A DNA stretch of 64,000 bases from a virus. A model generated the notes under the pieces. That model ran no database searches and was not told the DNA's origin. It saw only the letters and a list, made by a program, of their open reading frames with translations. The stretch is taken from the IMG/VR virus record IMGVR_UViG_3300044816_000098, positions 64,001 through 128,000 of that record; one strand, 5' to 3'. This document shows positions 19,175-26,495 of the stretch, piece by piece (position 1 is the stretch's first letter; every line of letters begins with the position of its first letter). A program made the position numbers and the translations under genes.

Positions 19175-19696
19175 ATGGAGCTGAGCGACGAGTCTCGTCT
19201 GTTGTCTGCGGAAGTGGGCCTGAGCGATGAGTCCATCCTGCGGATAGCCGCTCTTGAGAGCGCCGTGCAGGCGGGTGAAGGATCAGGGTGTCGTCACGAC
19301 ATCCTGGGGACGGCCCAGTCGTTCTACGAGTGGGTGTCGAAGCGCACCGGAGTACATATGACCGTCACCGCCGGTGAGGTCACCAAGCAGGAGGAGAAGC
19401 ACCCCATGCAGATTCACGACGACGAGCAGTTCACCCTCTCCGTGACCGAGACCGACGCGAAGGGCTTCCCGGTCGTCGAGGACCTCACCTGGACCGTCGA
19501 CAACACCGACGTGGTCACCCTCACGGTCGCCGACGACAAGCAGTCCGCCACGGTCGTCGCGGGCAACCCGGGCTCCGCCGTCGTCACCCTCACGGACGGC
19601 ACCCTGACCGTCACCGAGGCGGTCGACGTCGTCGCCGGTGACGGCGCGCTCATCACCCTCTCCGAGGGCGTCCCGGAGAAGCAGCCGACCGCCTGA
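19175..19696 (+). CDS. protein with C-terminal Ig-like domain (alternative start 19406)
   Basis: Beta-rich LTWTVDNTDVVTL..GSAVVT; strong RBS before ATG 19406. Confidence 0.6.
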   Translation: MELSDESRLLSAEVGLSDESILRIAALESAVQAGEGSGCRHDILGTAQSFYEWVSKRTGVHMTVTAGEVTKQEEKHPMQIHDDEQFTLSVTETDAKGFPVVEDLTWTVDNTDVVTLTVADDKQSATVVAGNPGSAVVTLTDGTLTVTEAVDVVAGDGALITLSEGVPEKQPTA

Positions 19697-19795
19697 TCCG
19701 CCGGAGGGCGTACCGGTTGAACTGGTAAGCTCTCCACAGCATTGAGCCCTGTCTCCTCGGGGGAACCACGGAGACGGGGCTTTCTGCTGCGCATG

Positions 19796-19833
19796 ACGAA
19801 GCCCCTCTCGGCTTGATCCCGGGAGGGGCTTCG
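19796..19833. terminator. terminator between convergent genes
   Basis: ACGAAGCCCCTCTCGG/CCGGGAGGGGCTTCGT. Confidence 0.7.
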
Positions 19834-19841
19834 TTGTCGGA

Positions 19842-21527
19842 TCAGAAGGGCCAGTCTCCGCTCTTGCCTGCGTCCAGCAGACCCACCATGCGGAAGACCT
19901 GGTCACTGAACCCGCTGATCTCGTAGCGGTTGGGCTTCGAGACGTCCGGCGAGGTGGTGGCGTACCCGGCGGTGTTGATGCCGATCAGGGGGATCCCCGC
20001 CGGGATGGAGTCGGTGACCGTGTTGTTCGCCTTCGGCTGCTCCCAGTAGCCGTAGCTGTGGTTCACGAAGGGCTGCATGTCACTGATCAGGATGACCCGG
20101 TCGTGGCCCTTGTAGCTGCTGCGCAGGGCCGCAATGGTCTCGGTGCCGTGGCCGACCTCGCCGGTCCGGCTGGTGAACGCCTCGATCTGACGCAGCGTCG
20201 AGGAGCCCTTGGGGATCTCGTGCTTGAACAGGCCGTTGGCGAAGCCGTACAGGTCCACCTCGTTGCCCGCGCGGGCCAGTGCGACCGCGAACAGGCCCGC
20301 GATCTGCACGTGGGTGACGTCGGACTTGGCGCTGACGTGGCTGTTCATCGAGTCGGAGGTGTCCGACAGGATGAGCGTGTGCCCCTTGAACTCCGGCAGG
20401 TTGCCCACCGAGGCGTCCAGGGCCTTCGACAGCGGGTGGGCCCAGCGGTCGTTCTGCACCGCCTTGTAGGCGCTCAGGAAGCGGTAGGGGAACTGGCGGC
20501 TCTTGGCCACCTGCTCCGGGTCGGACAGCCGCTTGGCGACCGTCTCGGCCACCGCGTCGGAGACCCCGGCCTGGTCGAAGTTGCGGAGGTTCCTGAGGAG
20601 AGCCATGTACCCCATGTTCGGGATCATGGCCTCCCAGAACGATGCGTCCAGCGAGCCGCCCAGCCATCCCGAGAGGGACTCCCAGGTCATGCCCGCACTG
20701 CGGAACCGGTTCTGAGACGCGGGGTCGCCCAGGAGGGCACGACGCTCCTCCTGGGGGACGGCCATGACCTCGGCCCGCGCCTGGAGCATGACCAGGCTCG
20801 CGGGGATCGCCTCGTCGCGCTTGTGACGCTCATTGAGCGAGTGGCGGAACAGGTCGCCGCGCCAGGCCACCTTCGGAGTCGGGTGGACCATCTCGATCAG
20901 GTCCGCGAGCTGCCACCCCTCGGACCGGCCGTACTTGGCGTAGGCGTACTCGTCGAACAGGTTGCGGATGGCGATGGCCAGGCCGCGCTTGACCGGCTGG
21001 GGGAGCTTCTTCCCATACCGGCTGACCCAGTACGCCATGAACTCACCGGGCTCGTCCGCACGCTGGAGGGCGACCGGGATGAAGTCCTTGGTATTGGCCT
21101 CCTGGCCGTCCAGGTGGCTGATCATGTTCTCGACCGGCACCCGCTTGCCGTGGACCAGGTAGCTGTTGGTGGGGAAGGGCATGGACTCCGTGCTGTGGAG
21201 CCGGGCCCACACGGCCTCCGCAGCGAAGACCACGGCGGCCGAACGCATGTTGGCCTTGCCCCGGAGCCACTGGACGAACCGCAGGGCCCAGGAGGGGTCC
21301 TCCAGGGTCACCTGACGGACCAGCGCGGCGTACCGGCTGTCCCGGTCGGCGGCGGTCTCGTAGAAGGTGCCCTCGCCGACCATGTTGGTCACCGCGAGGG
21401 AGAACAGCTCACCCTTCGCGTCGCGGGTGAAGTTGGCGCCGCCCTCGTAGCTGAGCGCGGGACCGGTGGTGGTGAACGGGGAGACCGGCTGTGCGGTCTT
21501 CGCCCCGGCGGTGTTGAACTTCGCCAT
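19842..21527 (-). CDS. rsr: Ro60/Rsr (TROVE + vWA) RNA-binding protein
   Basis: SYEGG..FYE..RADEPGE..MGYMALLRNLRN..SRQFPYRFLSAY; vWA DTSDSM, GTET, ILISDMQ; GGAGG RBS. Confidence 0.95.
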   Translation of the reverse strand: MAKFNTAGAKTAQPVSPFTTTGPALSYEGGANFTRDAKGELFSLAVTNMVGEGTFYETAADRDSRYAALVRQVTLEDPSWALRFVQWLRGKANMRSAAVVFAAEAVWARLHSTESMPFPTNSYLVHGKRVPVENMISHLDGQEANTKDFIPVALQRADEPGEFMAYWVSRYGKKLPQPVKRGLAIAIRNLFDEYAYAKYGRSEGWQLADLIEMVHPTPKVAWRGDLFRHSLNERHKRDEAIPASLVMLQARAEVMAVPQEERRALLGDPASQNRFRSAGMTWESLSGWLGGSLDASFWEAMIPNMGYMALLRNLRNFDQAGVSDAVAETVAKRLSDPEQVAKSRQFPYRFLSAYKAVQNDRWAHPLSKALDASVGNLPEFKGHTLILSDTSDSMNSHVSAKSDVTHVQIAGLFAVALARAGNEVDLYGFANGLFKHEIPKGSSTLRQIEAFTSRTGEVGHGTETIAALRSSYKGHDRVILISDMQPFVNHSYGYWEQPKANNTVTDSIPAGIPLIGINTAGYATTSPDVSKPNRYEISGFSDQVFRMVGLLDAGKSGDWPF

Positions 21528-21578
21528 ATCAATCCTCCGTGAACTTGGTGTAACTGGCAGGATCGGTGAGAGAACGCA

Positions 21579-21617
21579 AAAGAGCCCCTCTCTGTTCTTA
21601 CTAGAGAGGGGCTCTTT
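21579..21617 (-). terminator. intrinsic terminator between Y RNA array and rsr
   Basis: 15-bp perfect stem ending in TTTT on the minus strand. Confidence 0.75.
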
Positions 21618-21621
21618 CTCA

Positions 21622-21765
21622 CGGCTGAGAACAAAGACGTCTGTGGGCTTAGGTGACCGGCGCTCTAGCCAGACTGAGCTATCCCCCGATGAGTCGGGGG
21701 AGAAGGATTCGAACCAACGACATCCGGTTCCAGGGTTGAAGTATCCACAAACTACGCATCAGCCG
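21622..21765 (-). ncRNA. yrlA: Y RNA unit A: YrlA-type circularly permuted tRNA module (Pro-like acceptor)
   Basis: Closing stem CGGCTGA/TCAGCCG; T-loop TTCGAAT, loop-closed acceptor TCCCCCGA-CTCA-TCGGGGGA, then D arm TAGCTCAGTCTGGCTAGAGC; ACCGG/CCGGT helix. Confidence 0.85.
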
Positions 21766-21778
21766 CGAAGCTGAAGCC

Positions 21779-21905
21779 CTCCCGTGAACAAGTCGGCTGC
21801 GGGACTAGGTGGTGCCTTGTGGGTCTCGAACCCACTCATGCAAGAAGGTATGAGCCGACCAGCACTTTTCCTGTAGGAAGTATCCGCCGCCTACGCATCG
21901 GGAAG
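21779..21905 (-). ncRNA. Y RNA unit B: D-armless tRNA-like module
   Basis: Shared scaffold ATGCGTAG..TACTTC..CTTGTTC; GTGCT/GGCAC-CA helix, CTCAT/ATGAG hairpin, T arm GTGGG-TTCGAGA-CCCAC. Confidence 0.75.
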
Positions 21906-21917
21906 ACGCGTGTGCAC

Positions 21918-22067
21918 CATCAAGATGCTGAAGGACCTCACGAGAACAAGGCACATCAGGAAACAGACTAGGCGCCCGCCCGAGCCCGGAGTTGAACCGG
22001 AATCGTCTACTTATCAGGTAGAAGTAACCCGACGCTACGCATCGAGACGCCCTTCAGCATGTTGATG
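21918..22067 (-). ncRNA. Y RNA unit C: anticodon arm (GAT) + T arm
   Basis: Shared scaffold; TCTAC-CTGATAA-GTAGA, CCGG-TTCAACT-CCGG; flanked by a 16/17-bp inverted repeat. Confidence 0.78.
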
Positions 22068-22071
22068 ACGA

Positions 22072-22240
22072 TCCACAGCGGTGAAGCACGCCCGAGGACA
22101 AGGCGACTCGGGAACGTAGGTGCTCTATCCAAACTGAGCTACGGGAGCCGAAGCACCCGGTGGGAGTTGAACCCACGACCACCCGCTTAAGAGGCGAAGT
22201 AACCCGCGTCTGCGCATCAGGCGCACATCGCCGCTGTGGA
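22072..22240 (-). ncRNA. Y RNA unit D: permuted tRNA with anticodon arm (CTT)
   Basis: TTCGC-CTCTTAA-GCGGG, GTGGG-TTCAACT-CCCAC, acceptor CGGGTGC-TTCG-GCTCCCG, D arm TAGCTCAGTTTGGATAGAGC; outer stem TCCACAGCGG/CCGCTGTGGA. Confidence 0.82.
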
Positions 22241-22273
22241 GCAAGATTTTAAATTGTCAAGCTGCCGGTTGAG

Positions 22274-22346
22274 AGACGACGAGAACAGAGGTAGCCGAGG
22301 TGTGTTTTCCAAGAGAGAAGTAACCCCGACCTTCGCAGCGCCGCCT
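22274..22346 (-). ncRNA. Y RNA unit E: minimal scaffold without tRNA module
   Basis: AGGCGGCG-CTGCGAAG-GTCGGGGT-TACTTC..ACCTCGGC..CTGTTC-TCGTCGTCT. Confidence 0.72.
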
Positions 22347-22357
22347 TCGCGATCCCC

Positions 22358-22387
22358 ACTATGCACTACCAAGGATGTCAGGAGCAA
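22358..22387 (-). promoter_or_regulatory. putative promoter of the Y RNA array
   Basis: TTGCTC-18-CATAGT carrying the early operator-like spacer CTGACATCCTTGGTAG; predicted start just upstream of unit E. Confidence 0.6.
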
Positions 22388-22441
22388 GTCCTTTGTCCCC
22401 TGGATGTCGGTGACCGTCTGGGGTCGGCAGGTAACCAACTA

Positions 22442-22470
22442 TTGCCTACCAAGGATCCTTGGAGTAGCGT
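22442..22470 (+). promoter_or_regulatory. divergent early promoter/operator copy
   Basis: TTGCCT-17-TAGCGT; palindrome CCAAGGATCCTTGG. Confidence 0.7.
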
Positions 22471-22501
22471 CGGTTGTCCCACCCCCGACCTGGGAGGTCA
22501 T

Positions 22502-22783
22502 GTGGACAACCTTGAGCAGACCGCGTTACTTCATACCGTAGACCGTGTGCTCGTGGAGCGCGGCCAAGACCCGGACATCATCACCGAGGGCGACAAGTTC
22601 AGCATCGCGGCCCAGTGCGTACAGCTCTGCGCCCTCCAGCAGCACTTGCTGAAGAAGGCCGTCGAACGGCTGGCGGAGGCGCTGGGGGCAGACCCGGGCC
22701 TGCCGCTGGAGGAACTGGTCGTGGATGTCGCGATCATCGTCAAGGAGAGGAGGATGCCGCGTGAGCGAGGTATGGATCACTGA
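22502..22783 (+). CDS. hypothetical protein
   Basis: GGAGG RBS before GTG 22502. Confidence 0.6.
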   Translation: MDNLEQTALLHTVDRVLVERGQDPDIITEGDKFSIAAQCVQLCALQQHLLKKAVERLAEALGADPGLPLEELVVDVAIIVKERRMPRERGMDH

Positions 22784-23018
22784 CATCGGGGACAACGACC
22801 GCACCGTGGCCCCTCCTCTGCGGGGGCACACCGTGGCGGGGACCATCATCGGGGAGCCCGACACCGAGTGGACCAAGCTGTCGCTGATCGGCATCGACTA
22901 CGAGGCCAGGAACGGCGAGACCGCGCCTGTGCACGTCTGGGTGCGGACCGACAAGATCCGCCCGGCCCGGGATCAGCGTGAGGTCGACCGGCTGGTACGG
23001 GAGTGGCGTGATGGATGA
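22761..23018 (+). CDS. hypothetical protein
   Basis: RBS, high GC3. Confidence 0.65.
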   Translation: MSEVWITDIGDNDRTVAPPLRGHTVAGTIIGEPDTEWTKLSLIGIDYEARNGETAPVHVWVRTDKIRPARDQREVDRLVREWRDG

Positions 23019-23214
23019 GCTGTGTGGGGACACGCACCCCGAGGACGTCACGGTCCTGTGCGACAAGCCCGCGCCGTGCTGGGAGTATCACGCGAACGCT
23101 CTTGCCCATATGACGTGGCCGGGCACACCGCTGCCCCCTACGCCTGTGTCCGCTCGTTCCACGGGGTCGGTGAAGGGTCAGCTCGCCCTCATGGCACAGC
23201 GCGCACAGAGGTAG
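23011..23214 (+). CDS. small hypothetical protein
   Basis: Overlapping start; C/H residues. Confidence 0.5.
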   Translation: MDELCGDTHPEDVTVLCDKPAPCWEYHANALAHMTWPGTPLPPTPVSARSTGSVKGQLALMAQRAQR

Positions 23215-23321
23215 ATTCGTCCCTGAGCGAGGGCGGATCCGAGATGGACGGCAACAGTCCGGCGACTGTGTGCATCTTGGACCGCCCTCGCTTGCTGTTT
23301 CCCGCCAGAGAGGATTTTAAA

Positions 23322-23864
23322 ATGCCATTGGTCGATCACGAGATCAGCACAGAGATCCGGCTGAACAACCTGGGGATCACCCCGTTCCGTTCCGAGCAGC
23401 TCCAGCCCGCTTCGTACGACCTGAGGTTGGGGGCAGAGGTACGGGTGCCCCGCAAGACCGTCCAGAAGATCAACTTCTTCGACGGGAGCTGGCCGCACGA
23501 ATACACCGACAAGCAGCCGACGGACGACACCATGATCGCTCCCGGAGGATTCCTCCTGGGCACCACGATGGAGTACATCGAACTGCCGAGCGACATGGTT
23601 GCCCGGGTGGAGGGGAAGTCCTCCCTCGGCCGCGTGGGTCTGGCCGTGCACGTCACCGCCGGGTTCGTCGACCCCGGCTTCCGGGGAGAGATCACCTTGG
23701 AGATCGCCAACCTGGCTCCGTGGTCCATCGAGCTGGCCGAGGGGATGAAGATCGGTCAGATCGTCTTCGAGCGGACGAACACCCCGCTTCGCGACTACTC
23801 GGAGACCGGCCGGTATCAGGGACAGGTCGGCGTCACGGAGTCGCTCTACAGCCCCTGGGGTTGA
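23322..23864 (+). CDS. dcd: dCTP deaminase
   Basis: QPASYDLRLG, EGKSSLGRVGL, AGFVDPGFRGEITLEI, RYQGQ. Confidence 0.95.
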   Translation: MPLVDHEISTEIRLNNLGITPFRSEQLQPASYDLRLGAEVRVPRKTVQKINFFDGSWPHEYTDKQPTDDTMIAPGGFLLGTTMEYIELPSDMVARVEGKSSLGRVGLAVHVTAGFVDPGFRGEITLEIANLAPWSIELAEGMKIGQIVFERTNTPLRDYSETGRYQGQVGVTESLYSPWG

Positions 23865-23980
23865 CAGGACCGTTTTCAACTATCACCCTGACGCAATCAC
23901 GGATCCCCTCTGTGCCCCCACTCCAGCCCCCTCCTGTGACCCCCAGGAGGGGGCTGGAGTGCGTTTCGGGCCCGATGTTG

Positions 23981-24014
23981 CTGTCCCTGCCCAGACAGCG
24001 CCCGAGAAGAGGTG
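23981..24014 (+). promoter_or_regulatory. late-gene motif
   Basis: CTGTC-N20-GAAGAGGTG. Confidence 0.75.
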
Positions 24015-24024
24015 AGGAGGACGG

Positions 24025-26493
24025 ATGGACTTCGACGACGACGACTACCGCGAGCTGTTGGCCTTGTGGGGACAGCAGCCTGGTGCTCCGACTCAGGAGT
24101 CCATGCGGAATCGGCACACCAAGGTGCGGGTCAATCCTTCGCGAGACGATTTGAAGGTGCGGCGGAGGAACAACCGTCGTACCGCCACCGACACCTTCAA
24201 CGCAGGAGGAGATGTGCAGACCCGCGCCGAACTCCGTGCCTCGCTCACCAAGGCTTCGAGCCTGGCTGAGCAGGCGCGACTTCTGGACGAGATCGCCAAG
24301 CTCGACAGCACCAAGCTGGTCACGACCGCGCAGTCCCGGGAACTGGACTTCGCGAACACCGTGGTCAACGAGACCATGGCGCCCGTCCGGGTACACGAGC
24401 ACCACACCGCCGCCACGGACTGGATGGGCTACGACGAGCCTCAGCACACCGACTGGCAGAACCGTGTGGTCGCCGAGGCCGCCATGTGGCACTCCCGGGT
24501 GCCGGAGATGGTCAAGGCCGACGCCACCGAGTACACGATCCAGGCCGAGGGCAAGGCCCAGCAGTTCGCGGGCCAGTTCGGGATCCAGGCGCACGCGGCG
24601 AAGCTCACCTTCGTCCAGTACGCCACGTTCCTGCGCACCCAGGCCGCGTCCGGACTGGACCAGATCCAGCAGACCGTGGACCCGCACGACAACCCGAAGA
24701 CCACTCCGCTCAACCCCGAGGTCTTCGACAACTTCGCTCCGGACGTCGACCCGGTCAACGCGGGCGTCTCCGGTACCGAGGACTCGAACCGCAACCCGCT
24801 CCTCCAGGAGATCATGTCCGGCGGCTCGGGAGCGGACTCCGGTGCCCCGGAGAAGCCCTCCGAGCACGACGAGCAGGACAACCTGTCCTGGAACCCTCCG
24901 GAGGGCATGCAGGGCGATTCCACGCCCCCGCGTACGGCGTCGCTGATGCCGCACCGCTCCATGGCGATCGGCGGCAGCGCCTTCACCATGGACGACTTCC
25001 GTCGCCAGGCTGCGGCCCAGGCGGGTGGTCAGGGAAAAGCTGAAGGCGGTGCTTCGCCCGTCGTGGTGAAGACGGCCGCCAAGTGCAAGGACTGCAAGTG
25101 CGAGCTGTCTTCCCAGAACAAGGGGTCGACCGGCAAGGGCCTGTGCTCGAACTGTGAAGGGCGCAAGGGCGGTACCACTGCGGCGAAGGAAGCGGCCTCC
25201 GGGCTCGACCAGATCCAGCAGACGGTGGATCCCCACGACAACCCGAAGCCGACCGGCCTCCCGCCGGAGGTGGCCTTCCCCCTGGACGACGAGTTCCAGC
25301 AGGAATGGAACACCAACGGCTCCGGTGACGCCCAGCCGACCGGCAAGTCCGCCGGTCGCAAGGAGGACGCGGCGGCTGCGGCCAAGGCGAAGTCCGATGC
25401 TGCGGCGAAGAACATGAACGACAAGGTCGATCGGCTCATCGGTCCCGACCGGTCCCGTCCGGCCCAGACGGTCTGCCAGTCGTGCCAGAGGAACGCAGTG
25501 GAGGACCCCACCTCCAAGATCTGCAACTCCTGCCAGTCCCGGACCCGGCCGTACTACGCCTCGGTGCCGAAGCAGGCGGACATGTTCGGGGCCAGCGACG
25601 ACCCGCACGCCGTTCCTCAGCCGAACGTGGCCAACACCCCGGCCACCACGCCCCCGAACGCCACCGGCAGCTCTGCCGAGGGCCGTGCCGCCGGTGCTGC
25701 CGACGCACGCGCGGGGGAGCGTCCGAGTTTTGCCGACGGCTCCGGCGCCAACCCGTACGCGCAGGGTTACTCCGAGGGCTATTCGAGCGTGGACCAGAGC
25801 GCCGGGCTCCCGCAGAACGAGCCGGGCTCCATGGCCGGTCCGGGCAACGGTGTGACGCACGCGGCGAGCAAGACCTCGTCGATGATCGTCACCGCCGCCG
25901 AGCGGGAGGACCCCGACTTCAAGAAGGGGTACGGCTACGCGTCCCGGTGGAAGCCGGGCACCGTGCTGGTCTCCACCGGCTCCGCGTCCTTCGAGGCGGG
26001 CCTGTACGCGGGGATCTCCGACAACCCGGAGCACCAGCGGGCCTTCGTCACCGCTCACCGTGGCCTGGCCGCCGAGCACCCGAAGCTGGGCACCCGGGTA
26101 AACCGCCACAAGCAGCTCACCCAGCGGATCGCCATCAAGAACGAGGTGCCGACCAATGGTCTGTACCTTTCGGCATCCACCAGCGTTGACATGAACACCA
26201 TGGCGCCGAACACCACCCCGGCGGCGGATGGCTCCACCCCGATCAACGGACCCGGCCGCCCCGGACCCCTGGACGGCCAGCAGGACGCCGCCACTGCGGG
26301 AGGACCGGCTCCGTACAACGGCGCCGAGCCCTTCGGTACGCCGGTGGTCCCCACGGCCGGACAGACACCGCCCAGCCCGGCGGACGCACTGATCGGCGGT
26401 GGTGGCATGTCGACCACTCAGCAGGTCCAGGCATTCCGCAGGATCGTCCAGGCGAATCTTCTCGCCGAGCGCAAGCAGGGGAGTGAGATTTAA
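24025..26493 (+). CDS. large putative head-associated protein (822 aa)
   Basis: RBS; duplicated AASGLDQIQQTVDPHDNPK; two CxxC..CxxC fingers; many RTA/KTA/KQA motifs. Confidence 0.8.
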   Translation: MDFDDDDYRELLALWGQQPGAPTQESMRNRHTKVRVNPSRDDLKVRRRNNRRTATDTFNAGGDVQTRAELRASLTKASSLAEQARLLDEIAKLDSTKLVTTAQSRELDFANTVVNETMAPVRVHEHHTAATDWMGYDEPQHTDWQNRVVAEAAMWHSRVPEMVKADATEYTIQAEGKAQQFAGQFGIQAHAAKLTFVQYATFLRTQAASGLDQIQQTVDPHDNPKTTPLNPEVFDNFAPDVDPVNAGVSGTEDSNRNPLLQEIMSGGSGADSGAPEKPSEHDEQDNLSWNPPEGMQGDSTPPRTASLMPHRSMAIGGSAFTMDDFRRQAAAQAGGQGKAEGGASPVVVKTAAKCKDCKCELSSQNKGSTGKGLCSNCEGRKGGTTAAKEAASGLDQIQQTVDPHDNPKPTGLPPEVAFPLDDEFQQEWNTNGSGDAQPTGKSAGRKEDAAAAAKAKSDAAAKNMNDKVDRLIGPDRSRPAQTVCQSCQRNAVEDPTSKICNSCQSRTRPYYASVPKQADMFGASDDPHAVPQPNVANTPATTPPNATGSSAEGRAAGAADARAGERPSFADGSGANPYAQGYSEGYSSVDQSAGLPQNEPGSMAGPGNGVTHAASKTSSMIVTAAEREDPDFKKGYGYASRWKPGTVLVSTGSASFEAGLYAGISDNPEHQRAFVTAHRGLAAEHPKLGTRVNRHKQLTQRIAIKNEVPTNGLYLSASTSVDMNTMAPNTTPAADGSTPINGPGRPGPLDGQQDAATAGGPAPYNGAEPFGTPVVPTAGQTPPSPADALIGGGGMSTTQQVQAFRRIVQANLLAERKQGSEI

Positions 26494-26495
26494 AA

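Noticed and set aside
21622-22346. CRISPR array or ordinary tRNA cluster
   Set aside because: Only short split motifs are shared, the units are self-complementary and no cas genes are present; the tRNA arms are permuted or incomplete with closed acceptor ends
22217-22541. ORFs 22236..22541 (+) and 22217..22438 (-)
   Set aside because: Overlap Y RNA units and divergent promoters; poor codon usage
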